Below are positions 19,501 through 28,569 of a stretch of DNA of 64,000 nucleotides, piece by piece. Source of the stretch: Methanothrix sp. (GTDB taxonomy: Archaea > Halobacteriota > Methanosarcinia > Methanotrichales > Methanotrichaceae); the NCBI GenBank assembly GCA_040770465.1, contig JAXGJB010000008.1:1-64000 (forward strand). The letters are read 5' to 3'. Under the pieces are notes generated by a model. That model had not been told where the DNA came from and searched no databases. It saw only the letters and a list, made by a program, of their open reading frames with translations. A program made the translations under genes and the position numbers. Positions within the stretch are counted from its first letter, which is position 1; each line of letters begins with the position of its first letter.

Positions 19501-22260
19501 GTGGTGAAAGTGGACGAGATCACCCTAACCATTGATGGAAAAAAGGTCAGGACTCGGGAGGGTTCCACGGTTCTAGAAGCGGCCCGAAAGGCCGGGATAT
19601 ATATACCCGCCCTCTGCGACCATCCAGACTTGAAGCCTATCGGCTCATGTAAGCTCTGCATCGTCGAGATAGATGGGAAAGATGTCTATCCCACCTCCTG
19701 CACAGCCCTCGCCGAAGAGGGGATGGTGGTGAGGACGAAGACCGACGAGCTCCAGAAGATGCGGCGCCACACCCTCGAGATGCTCCTGGCCCTGACAAAC
19801 CACCCCACCAGCTGCCTCTTCTGCGACCGGAAGGACGAATGCACCGAGATGCGGGAGTGCATGAGAAAGTTCCCCATGGCGGTGGGGTGTAAATACTGTC
19901 CCAACGACGGCCGGTGCGAGCTTCAGACGGCTGTGGAGTATGTAGGGCTTGAGAGGATAAGATACGCCACCGAATATCGCAACCTTCCGGTTCTGAGGGA
20001 GCCCTTCTTCGACCGGGATTACAACCTCTGCATCCTCTGCAGCCGCTGCGTCAGGACCTGCCAGGAGGTGAGAGGGGAGGGGGTCCTCGTCTTCGATGTG
20101 AACTACCACCAGCAACATTCCATAGGACCGATATCCCTGACCGAGTCCGAATGCAAGTTCTGCGGAGCCTGTGTCGACGTCTGTCCCACCGGAGCCCTCT
20201 TCGCCAGGTCCGAGAGGTGGGGGAAGCCCGAAGAGTTCGTCACCACCACCTGCCCCTTCTGCGGCGTGGGCTGCATGATGGAGATCGGGGTACAGGACGG
20301 TCACATCGCCCAGATTAGGGGCAAGAGAGGGGAGACGCCGAACAACGGTCAGCTATGCGTCAAAGGGAGGTTCGGCCTCGACTTCGTAGAGAGCCCCGAA
20401 CGGCTGAAGACGCCTCTGATCCGCAAAGATGGCAAGCTCGTCCCCGCCACCTGGGAGGAGGCGATGGACCTCATCGTCGAGAGGTTCTCCCGATCCAAAG
20501 GCGACCGTTTTGCCCTCCTCTCCTCTGCCAAATGCACCAACGAGGAGAACTACCTCGCCCAGAAGCTCTCGCGTCTGGTGATGGAGACAAACAACGTCGA
20601 CCACTGCGCCCGGCTCTGTCACGCCTCCACCGTCGCGGCCTTGGCGACGGCCTTCGGGAGCGGGGCCATGACCAACTCCATCGAGGAGCTGAAGGACCCA
20701 GGCTGCATATTGATAATCGGATCCAACACCACCGAGCAGCATCCGGTGATCGCCCTCAAGATCAAAGAGGCGAAGAAGAGGGGCGCGAAGATCATCGTTG
20801 CCAACCCCCGATGGATCGAGCTCTGCAAGTTCGCCGACATCTGGCTGAGGCAGGAGCCCGGAACTGACGTCCCCCTGACCATGGGCATCTGCAAGGTCAT
20901 CCTGGATGGAGGGCTCATCGACGAGGAGTTCATCAAGGAGCGGTGTGAGGGGTTCGAAGAGTTCAGAGACTCTCTCGCCGACGTATCTCTGGAAGAGGTC
21001 GGAAGGATCACCGGCGTTGAGGTGGAGCTGCTGAGGAAGGCGGCCCGGATGTACGCCGAGAACGGCCCCTCTTCTATAGTCTACTCCATGGGCATAACCC
21101 AGCACTCTCACGGCACCGAGAACATCCTCGCCCTCGCCGACCTCGCGATGATGACCGGAAACCTCGGCAAGCCCGCCAGCGGGATAAATCCTCTCCGGGG
21201 CCAGAACAACGTCCAGGGAGCATGCGACATGGGCGCCCTTCCCAACGTCTTCCCCGGATATCAGGCGGTGAACAACGACGATCTCAGAGCGAAGTTTGAG
21301 GGAAGGTGGGGCAAAAAGCTCCAGAAGAAGCCAGGTCTTACTCTGATGGAGATCTTCAACGCAATCCACGACGACGAGATCGACGTCCTGTACATCATCG
21401 GCGAGAACCCCAGGATCAGCGATCCCGACTCGACCCACGTCACCGAGGCCCTGGAGAAGGTGGACTTTCTGGTGGTCCAGGAGATATTCCTCTCGGAGAC
21501 CGCAAGCCTTGCCGACGTGGTATTGCCCGCGACATCCTTCGCCGAAAAGGATGGGACCTTCACAAATACGGAACGAAGGGTCCAGCGGGTCAGAAAGGTG
21601 CTGGATCCTCCAGGAGAGGCCTGGCCCGACTGGATGATCATTTCGGAGATCGGGAGGAGGATGGGCTACGGAGAAGAGTTCTCCTATTCGGACCCCTCGG
21701 AGATCATGGACGAGATCGCCTCCCTCACCCCCAGCTACGGCGGGATAAATTATGGGAGGATCGACGAGGTCGGCCTCCAGTGGCCCTGCCCCACCCCTGA
21801 CCATCCCGGCACCCCTTACCTTCACAAAGCCGGATTCACGAGAGGAAAGGGTCTCTTTTCGGTGGTCGGTTACCGCCCCTCAACGGAGCTTCCCGACGAG
21901 GAGTACCCGTTCATCCTCACCACCGGAAGGGTCCTGTGCCACTTCCACACCGGCACCATGACCCGGAAGGTGCCGGGGCTGAACTATCTCCGCAACGAAG
22001 AGCTGGTGGAGATCAACCCCGCGGATGGGAAGGCTCTGGGGATAGAGGACGGCGATCTGGTGGAGGTGACCTCGAGGAGGGGGACGGTAAGGGCGAAGGC
22101 GAAGATGACGGAGAAGTCGTCGGAAGGCGTAGCCTTCATGACCTTCCACTTTGCCGAGACGCCCACCAACGTCCTCACCAACCCCGCCCTCGACCCCGTG
22201 GCCAAGATACCCGAGCTGAAAGTGTGTGCCGTAAAGCTCTCTAAAGCGGTTGGTGATTGA
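19501..22260 (+). CDS. fdhF: Formate dehydrogenase alpha subunit (Mo/W-bisPGD, Cys-type) with N-terminal [2Fe-2S] and [4Fe-4S] domains
   Basis: IPALC..CKLC, CILCSRCVRTC, CKFCGACVDVCP, TCPFCGVGC, LCVKG, DHCARLCH, PLRGQNNVQG, GTFTNTERRVQ, LTTGR..HFHTG. Confidence 0.93.
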   Translation: MVKVDEITLTIDGKKVRTREGSTVLEAARKAGIYIPALCDHPDLKPIGSCKLCIVEIDGKDVYPTSCTALAEEGMVVRTKTDELQKMRRHTLEMLLALTNHPTSCLFCDRKDECTEMRECMRKFPMAVGCKYCPNDGRCELQTAVEYVGLERIRYATEYRNLPVLREPFFDRDYNLCILCSRCVRTCQEVRGEGVLVFDVNYHQQHSIGPISLTESECKFCGACVDVCPTGALFARSERWGKPEEFVTTTCPFCGVGCMMEIGVQDGHIAQIRGKRGETPNNGQLCVKGRFGLDFVESPERLKTPLIRKDGKLVPATWEEAMDLIVERFSRSKGDRFALLSSAKCTNEENYLAQKLSRLVMETNNVDHCARLCHASTVAALATAFGSGAMTNSIEELKDPGCILIIGSNTTEQHPVIALKIKEAKKRGAKIIVANPRWIELCKFADIWLRQEPGTDVPLTMGICKVILDGGLIDEEFIKERCEGFEEFRDSLADVSLEEVGRITGVEVELLRKAARMYAENGPSSIVYSMGITQHSHGTENILALADLAMMTGNLGKPASGINPLRGQNNVQGACDMGALPNVFPGYQAVNNDDLRAKFEGRWGKKLQKKPGLTLMEIFNAIHDDEIDVLYIIGENPRISDPDSTHVTEALEKVDFLVVQEIFLSETASLADVVLPATSFAEKDGTFTNTERRVQRVRKVLDPPGEAWPDWMIISEIGRRMGYGEEFSYSDPSEIMDEIASLTPSYGGINYGRIDEVGLQWPCPTPDHPGTPYLHKAGFTRGKGLFSVVGYRPSTELPDEEYPFILTTGRVLCHFHTGTMTRKVPGLNYLRNEELVEINPADGKALGIEDGDLVEVTSRRGTVRAKAKMTEKSSEGVAFMTFHFAETPTNVLTNPALDPVAKIPELKVCAVKLSKAVGD

Positions 22261-23180
22261 ATATGTACCAGATAGTGGAGAAGGAGGTTCTCGTCCCCAA
22301 CATAATCCGCCTCAAGATAAAGGCCCCGAAGATCGCCCGAGCTGCCCGCCCCGGCCAGTTTGTGATCATCAGGGTGGACGAGACCGGCGAGAGGATGCCC
22401 ATGGGCCTCGCGGGCTGGGACGAGGAGGAAGGTACCATCGAGATCGTATTCTACGTCCTCGGGACCAGCACCATGAAGCTCGGCACTCTGAGGGAGGGCG
22501 ACTCCATAATGAACCTCGCAGGTCCTCTGGGCAAACCAACAGAGATCGAGAACTTCGGCACCGTGATCTGCGCCTGCGGCTGCTTCGGCATCGGACCCAC
22601 CATGCCTCTGCTAAAGGCCCTCAAGGAGGCCGGAAACCGCGTCATAACCGCGGTGGAGGGGCGGAGCCGGGAGTTCATCTTCTGGGAGGATAAGTTGAGG
22701 GCCGAAAGCGACGAGCTCTACGTCCTTGCGGGAAGCGGCGGCTGTGGCGAGGATGGGTGGACAAACGACTTCATAAGAAGGCGGCTTGAAGGGGGAGAGA
22801 AGGTCGACAGGATCTTCGTCCACGGCTGTCCCTTCATGATGATGGAGGTCTCCAAGGCCAGCGAGCCCTACGGCGTTAAGACGATCGTCAGCCTCACCCC
22901 CCTGATGGTGGACGGGACGGGGATGTGCGGAGCCTGCCGAGTCGAGGTCGGGGGCGAGACAAAGTTCGCCTGTGTCGACGGCCCCGACTTCGACGGCCAC
23001 CAGGTCAACTGGGAGACCCTCGCCCTAAGGCTTCGCCAGTTCATCCCCGAGGAGGATCGATCTGCCATGCTCTGGGAGCGGGATAACTGGCACAAGCTGG
23101 TGGAGGCGGCCCCCCAGGCTCTGAACCCCACCCTGGGCAGAAAAGAAGGGGAGAAGAAGAAAGCTGCCTTTTCAATCTAG
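22257..23180 (+). CDS. NfnA/SudB-like (PyrK family) FAD/[2Fe-2S] subunit, atypical
   Basis: PGQFVII, GPLGKP, MVDGTGMCGACRV..FACVDGP; directly follows the fdh stop. Confidence 0.88.
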   Translation: MNMYQIVEKEVLVPNIIRLKIKAPKIARAARPGQFVIIRVDETGERMPMGLAGWDEEEGTIEIVFYVLGTSTMKLGTLREGDSIMNLAGPLGKPTEIENFGTVICACGCFGIGPTMPLLKALKEAGNRVITAVEGRSREFIFWEDKLRAESDELYVLAGSGGCGEDGWTNDFIRRRLEGGEKVDRIFVHGCPFMMMEVSKASEPYGVKTIVSLTPLMVDGTGMCGACRVEVGGETKFACVDGPDFDGHQVNWETLALRLRQFIPEEDRSAMLWERDNWHKLVEAAPQALNPTLGRKEGEKKKAAFSI

Positions 23181-23289
23181 GTGCCCCGGGCGGTCCCCCA
23201 TTACGGGGATGATTCGGGCAGAAGATGCCTCATATTTGCTTCATCGACACCCAGGGGTTATGTGACCCGGCCGCCTGATATTAGATATT

Positions 23290-23523
23290 CTATCTGACGA
23301 GCTCGATCATCGAGGCGAACTTGTGGGGCGAAGCCGTGGCGGCCTCCACGTCGGCCATGATCCCCCTGCTTTCGGCATCGTTCAGGTAAAACCATGCCGC
23401 TTCCTCCAGGTTGTCTATCGCCTCTTCGGGAGTGGCACCAAAACTTGAGATTCCCAGCTCGGGGCATTTCGAGATGTAAGCTCGATCCCCTTCCCACACT
23501 TCAGCCGTCAGGTTAAGTCTCAT
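23290..23523 (-). CDS. hicB: HicB-family antitoxin (orphan)
   Basis: YISKCPELGISSFGATPEEAIDNLEEA. Confidence 0.8.
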   Translation of the reverse strand: MRLNLTAEVWEGDRAYISKCPELGISSFGATPEEAIDNLEEAAWFYLNDAESRGIMADVEAATASPHKFASMIELVR

Positions 23524-23671
23524 CTCTTCATTCCTCCAAATCGAACTTCAGCAATTATATGATGTGATTGTTTCGTTTATATATCCATTATCCATTTGAT
23601 GGCAGTCTTTGACCTCTCCGGTGCAATTTGGAGGGAAAAGGATATATTCACCCCATCAGGCACGAACTTTC

Positions 23672-23693
23672 CTTCGCGCCGATCGGCGCGAAG
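23672..23693. repeat. Perfect 22-bp palindrome
   Basis: CTTCGCGCCGATCGGCGCGAAG equals its own reverse complement. Confidence 0.9.
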
Positions 23694-23870
23694 CCTGGCT
23701 GCTGGGCGAGAAGAGAGGTTTCGCCGTAGAAAACGCATGATCCCAAAAGATTGGCTATGCTGCGCCGCAAATTGCCTTGAAAAAAGAGGTTATTGAGGGA
23801 GGAAGGATAGATCCTCCCCGGCCATATGCAAGGCCTTTCAGGATCGACTAAATGGACGAGATGGACGGAT

Positions 23871-25127
23871 CTAGGTCATCTTGATCCAGCCGCGGATCTT
23901 CATCGCCTCGACGACACGGTTTACGGCGACCACGTAAGCTGCCTGACGCATGTTTATGTCGTAAGCCTTGGATGTGTCGAGGACGTTGTGATAAGCTCTG
24001 GTCATCCTGTCGTCCAGGCGCTTGTAGACGTCTTCAACGTCCCAGCAGTACCGATCGATGTTCTGGACCATCTCGAAGTAGGAGACGGTGACGCCGCCGG
24101 CGTTGCAGAGGAAGTCGGGGATGACGTGCACGCCATTTTTGTGGAGGATATCGTCCGCCTCGGGGGTGGTCGGTCCGTTGGCCAGCTCTGCGACGATCTT
24201 CGCCTTGACGTTCGGCGCATTATCCTTGGTGATGACGTTCTCGAGGGCTGCGGTGATCAGGATATCCACGTCCAGCTCTATCAGCTCCTCGTTGGATATC
24301 TTCTGAATTCCCGGAGCGTTTACAACCGACTTGGTATCCGCCTTGACGCTGCAGGCGAGCTCGAGGTCCAGGCCGTCCTTGTTGTATATGCCGCCCTTGG
24401 AATCGCTGATGGCCACCACTTTGGAGCCGAAGAGGTTTCTGACGAGGAATCCTGCATGGCATCCGGCGTTTCCGTAGCCCTGGATGGCAACGGTCGCCTT
24501 GGAGAGGTCTATTCCGAGCTCCTTTGCCGCCTCCCGGATGGTGTACATGCCGCCGCGGGCCGTCGCATCGTCACGGCCGCAGGAGCCACCGATGCAGACC
24601 GGCTTTCCGGTGATGCAGCCGAACTCGTTGCTCCCGGTGAGCTTCGAGTACTCGTCCATCATCCAGGCCATCGTCTGGGGGGTGGTGTAAACGTCGGGGG
24701 CGGGGACGTCCTTGTTGGGACCTATGAACTGCCAGATCTTGTCGATGTAACCTCGGCTCAGACGTTCCAGCTCATTTTCTGAGAGCTCCTTGGGGTTGCA
24801 GATCACTCCGCCCTTTCCGCCGCCGAGGGGGAGATCAAGGAGAGAGCATTTCCAGGTCATCCATGCGGAAAGAGCTCTCACGGTGTCGATCGTCTCTTCG
24901 GGGTGGAACCTGATGCCGCCCTTGGTCGGTCCCTTGGCGTCGTTGTACTGGACCCTGAACCCCTTGAAGACCTTCGTGCTGCCGTCGTCCATCCTGACCG
25001 GAATGGAGACGTGGAGTTCACGCATGGGGTTTCGAAGTACCTCACGGACGTCGTCGTTCAACTTCAATATTTTTGCACAGTTGTCCAGCTGCTGTTGAGC
25101 TATTGCAAATGGGTTGAGTTCTGCCAT
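23871..25127 (-). CDS. gdhA: Glutamate dehydrogenase
   Basis: GPTKGGIRFHP, MTWKC, GGGKGG, DVPAPDV, TGKP, QGYGNAG, ELANGP, PDFLCNAGGVTVSYFE. Confidence 0.95.
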   Translation of the reverse strand: MAELNPFAIAQQQLDNCAKILKLNDDVREVLRNPMRELHVSIPVRMDDGSTKVFKGFRVQYNDAKGPTKGGIRFHPEETIDTVRALSAWMTWKCSLLDLPLGGGKGGVICNPKELSENELERLSRGYIDKIWQFIGPNKDVPAPDVYTTPQTMAWMMDEYSKLTGSNEFGCITGKPVCIGGSCGRDDATARGGMYTIREAAKELGIDLSKATVAIQGYGNAGCHAGFLVRNLFGSKVVAISDSKGGIYNKDGLDLELACSVKADTKSVVNAPGIQKISNEELIELDVDILITAALENVITKDNAPNVKAKIVAELANGPTTPEADDILHKNGVHVIPDFLCNAGGVTVSYFEMVQNIDRYCWDVEDVYKRLDDRMTRAYHNVLDTSKAYDINMRQAAYVVAVNRVVEAMKIRGWIKMT

Positions 25128-25264
25128 CCCTTTATCACCCTTTTAGGCTTCCGCCAAACACTAGATCACAACGGGTTAGGAGGAAGGCCATGTCAGCATC
25201 CAATAGTTAAATCTTATGAGTTACATTTATTTATGATCAATTGGACCATGCCGGCCGGACATTG

Positions 25265-25280
25265 ATATATAAAGGTTTCT
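25265..25280 (-). promoter_or_regulatory. BRE-TATA promoter of gdhA
   Basis: AGAAACCTTTATATAT on the minus strand ~140 bp upstream of the start. Confidence 0.6.
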
Positions 25281-25712
25281 GAACTCCGGCTCGCGACCTA
25301 TCGGTGCAAAAACTACCACAGAATTTTCGTATGTTTTTGTTACATCTATGCCAGATACTAGGAGAGATCGACCCCAAATTTCGGCAGAGATCCGGCGTGG
25401 ATTCTTTCTCAAATTTTCGGCTGGATGTTGTCCCCTGAAAAGTTCAATTCGAGGATGTTAAAGCTCTGATATTGAAGAAAGGCCGCTGAAATTGTCGGAT
25501 ACTAAATTTATATATGGCAGTCAAAGATGATGAAACTGTCCCCTCTCACGTCGAGAGGAGGTCCAAAAATTATGTTATTTTCCGTGGTCGGAACGAGCCC
25601 TCAATGTTGTTTATTGGTGTATGTGCCATCTCATCGCACATACACCTCTATTGGCGGGCTCTCAGAGCAGAAGCTTCCAACGCTTCAAAACCACTCCGGC
25701 TCAACCCCGGCC

Positions 25713-27302
25713 TCAGCCGTCTAGGATATCCTCGGCGACGTCCCGATAGGCGTCCATGACGTAAGGGATCCCGGAGACCTTGGCCGCCTCTTCGGTGAGG
25801 GCCATAACGTCGTTTCTGGATATGGTCTTCAGGCTGAAGTTCCTGCTTCCGGCCATCAGCTGCTGCAGGCCGATCGTGAACCTCTGGGTGTAGGTGTAGA
25901 TGCCCATGGCCCCAAGGGGTATCTTCTCCGCCTCTCTTCCATACTTATCGGCCAGCTCCTCATAGGTTACGAAGAGCTGCTTTGCCGTGGTTCCGTACTT
26001 GGAGACGGACTTTGGAAGCTCTCCCGCCTCGATCCACTTCTGGATGTTCTTTCCGACCATCCCCGGGATCATCAGGGCTCTGCCCATGCAGACAGCCTTG
26101 AAGTAGGGGGCGCCCATGGCCATGGCTTTGAAGACGCCGTCCTCGGAGGAGAAGCCGCCTGCCATGGCGAGGTCTGGCACCCTCATACCCTTCTTGCTGA
26201 GCTTCTCGGCGAATTCGTACGCCAGGGCCTGGAGATAGAAGGTGGGGATTCCCCACTCGTTCATCATGGGCCAGGGGCTCATCCCCGTCCCGCCCGGGGC
26301 GCCGTCGATGGTGAGAAGGTCGATCTTCGCCTCGGACCCGTAGCGGAGGGCCATGGCAAGCTCCGTCATGGAGTAAGCGCCGGTCTTGAGGGTGATCCTC
26401 TTGAACCCCAGGCCTCTGAGCCTGTCGACCTCCTCGAGGAATCCCTCTTTGGTGACGAAGCCGAGCCGGGAGTGCCTCTCGAACTCCTTGATGGCGCCGT
26501 CCTTGAAGGCCATCTGGACGTCCTTCTTGGAGGGGTCGGGCCTCACTATGTAGCCCCTCTTCTGCAGCTCCAGGGCCCTTTCCAGGGATCGAACCTTGAT
26601 CTCGCCTCCGATGCACTTTGCGCCCTGACCCCACTTCAGCTCCAGGGTGTCCAGCTCGTGCTTGGCGGAGACGTACTCGGCGGTGCCAAGCCTGGTGTCC
26701 TCGACGTTCATCTGGACCAGGATCTCGCCGTAACCCTCGTTGAACTGCTTGTAGGTCTCGATCCTTCTGTCCATCTCCGGAGACTTGGAGATCTTGCCCT
26801 TGCCGTCCAAAACAAGACCGGGGTCGACTCCGCAGACGTTCTCGCCGCAGACCAGGGTGATGCCGGATATGGCGGCACCGATGGCGAAGTGCTCCCAGTT
26901 GGCGCCGGCGATATCTGTGGAGCCGAGGGCTCCGGTGAAGATGGGGACCTTCATCTTGACCTTTCGATCCCATCCGTACTCGGTCTCGGTATCCACCTCG
27001 TTGAATACGGCGGTGTCAGGGTTTCCATCGACCCCTTCGGGCAGGCCCTTGGCGCCGACGGCGTAACCCTGGATGTTTATGTGGGAATAGTCAAGGGGAT
27101 AGTCCTTGTCTGCCCCCGCAGTGATCTCGCCGAAGGGACCGGGGTAAAGCACTTCCCGACCCCTGAACGAGGATAACCATATATCACAACCGCCCCTGCA
27201 GCCGTCGACACAGCGGGTGCAGATCCCTGACATGGGGGCGACGTTTCTCGACCGGTTGTAAGTCCCGATCGCTTCGTTGGCGTTTGGCTGTCGGAGATTC
27301 AT
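25713..27302 (-). CDS. FMN-binding glutamate synthase family protein
   Basis: N-terminal CTRCVDGCRGGC, ELKWGQGAK..GGE, IDGAPGGTG, AGG, MGRA. Confidence 0.88.
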   Translation of the reverse strand: MNLRQPNANEAIGTYNRSRNVAPMSGICTRCVDGCRGGCDIWLSSFRGREVLYPGPFGEITAGADKDYPLDYSHINIQGYAVGAKGLPEGVDGNPDTAVFNEVDTETEYGWDRKVKMKVPIFTGALGSTDIAGANWEHFAIGAAISGITLVCGENVCGVDPGLVLDGKGKISKSPEMDRRIETYKQFNEGYGEILVQMNVEDTRLGTAEYVSAKHELDTLELKWGQGAKCIGGEIKVRSLERALELQKRGYIVRPDPSKKDVQMAFKDGAIKEFERHSRLGFVTKEGFLEEVDRLRGLGFKRITLKTGAYSMTELAMALRYGSEAKIDLLTIDGAPGGTGMSPWPMMNEWGIPTFYLQALAYEFAEKLSKKGMRVPDLAMAGGFSSEDGVFKAMAMGAPYFKAVCMGRALMIPGMVGKNIQKWIEAGELPKSVSKYGTTAKQLFVTYEELADKYGREAEKIPLGAMGIYTYTQRFTIGLQQLMAGSRNFSLKTISRNDVMALTEEAAKVSGIPYVMDAYRDVAEDILDG

Positions 27303-27369
27303 AAAATGCCTCTTTATTATTTTAAATCATCCTCCACCCAGGCGGGATGCGCCCGGACGGCTTACCCTT

Positions 27370-27385
27370 CGGACGTGCTCTTCCG
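27370..27385 (-). promoter_or_regulatory. Possible NrpR-type operator
   Basis: CGGAA-GAGCAC-GTCCG, one mismatch from CGGAA-N6-TTCCG, between a TATA-like tract and the glutamate synthase-like start. Confidence 0.4.
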
Positions 27386-27667
27386 GCACTCTATTATATG
27401 AATTTTATCCCAGCAAGATATTGCCGACCTCATCATATAAATAGACACCGCAGGTTATGCTTCAGAGAGCAATACTTAGAATAATCTGAAAATAGTTAAA
27501 GTTTTTGATCAGTCGGTCCCGATAAATTGAACGAGGCAGATACCTCCCCACCAGGATGGTCGTCGGAGGGCCTGCCAAAAATCCGGCACTGACCAAGAGC
27601 CCAATGGTACCGACGAAGACGAGGCCGACCCGGCCCGGCCCGCCGACTTCCGCCTTCCACTAAAGGG

Positions 27668-28159
27668 TCAATGGAGATCCCCGTCCTTCAGCCCCACGAT
27701 CTTCTGGACATCAACGAGCTTCCATACCAGGGACCTCTCCTCCCGGGCGATGGAGTCGAGGGGGTCATCGGGGGAATGGCCCAGGGCCGAGAGGACGTTT
27801 CTTGAAAGGCTCTTTCTTCGGATCAGATCGACGAACCTCTCCTTCACAGCCCTCTTCTCCTCGGCGTCTGATACCTCGACGAGGCGGCCCCGCAACGTGA
27901 CGAACCTGTAGCTGGAAAGGTCGGGAGCGAACCGTTCTACCTCCACCGAGACGTGAGGGTCCTCCCGAAAGAGCTCGATCTTCTTGCCGTACTTTGTGGA
28001 TAGGAAGTACATGAAGTTCCCATCGAAGATGTAGATGAAGGGCGCCACGTAAGGGTACCTGTCCCCCTTGAAGGCGATCCTGCAGACGTGCTCGTCATCG
28101 ATCAGACGGTCGTACTCCCTCTTTTTCATGCTGGGGATCTTGACGGGTTCCAAGGCCAT
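27668..28159 (-). CDS. Pyridoxamine 5'-phosphate oxidase family flavin-binding protein
   Basis: CRIAF...YPYVAP, GKKIE...P.VSVEV, FVTLRG. Confidence 0.82.
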   Translation of the reverse strand: MALEPVKIPSMKKREYDRLIDDEHVCRIAFKGDRYPYVAPFIYIFDGNFMYFLSTKYGKKIELFREDPHVSVEVERFAPDLSSYRFVTLRGRLVEVSDAEEKRAVKERFVDLIRRKSLSRNVLSALGHSPDDPLDSIAREERSLVWKLVDVQKIVGLKDGDLH

Positions 28160-28189
28160 CTCCTCACGAAAAATTTGATCAGCTGAAGA

Positions 28190-28441
28190 TCAGAGGCCCG
28201 ATATCTTCTCATTTATCAGGGCTTTTAGGGCCTCTTCGGCCACTGGGCTCTCCTTCGGCTTGTGATACATGGTGCACCTTGAGGGCATGGGTATCAGCCC
28301 CTCGTCCAGCAGGGAATAGTGGAGCTCCTCCAAGTCCATCCCGCCAAGGGCGTACCTTTTCAGCATTGCGACCGCCTCGGTCCGCTCCCCCTCTTTCAGG
28401 CTCTCAAACCTCTCCACCAGCTTCTCGATCTGTTCCATCAT
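28190..28441 (-). CDS. Hypothetical protein
   Basis: Host-like codon usage; co-directional with the downstream gene. Confidence 0.65.
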   Translation of the reverse strand: MMEQIEKLVERFESLKEGERTEAVAMLKRYALGGMDLEELHYSLLDEGLIPMPSRCTMYHKPKESPVAEEALKALINEKISGL

Positions 28442-28569
28442 CGTCGACGCCTCGGAGAAGAGACGGCCGGATGAGATATAGATCTTGCCGGATGACGGAA
28501 CTAAACCCCAGGCAATAAATACGATCGATGCGAATCACCGCGAGCCTACCAACACCCGAGGAGATCACC

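Noticed and set aside
20600-20630. Selenocysteine in the Fdh active site
   Set aside because: The codon is TGT (CARLCH); there is no in-frame TGA
20353-21825. 490-aa antisense ORF inside fdh (likewise 9975-10997, 51210-52325, 62527-63771, 59777-60805)
   Set aside because: Shadow ORFs on the opposite strand of well-supported genes, expected at high GC3; no motifs
25580-25593. TTCC-N6-GGAA as an NrpR site
   Set aside because: Half-sites are in the wrong order relative to GGAA-N6-TTCC
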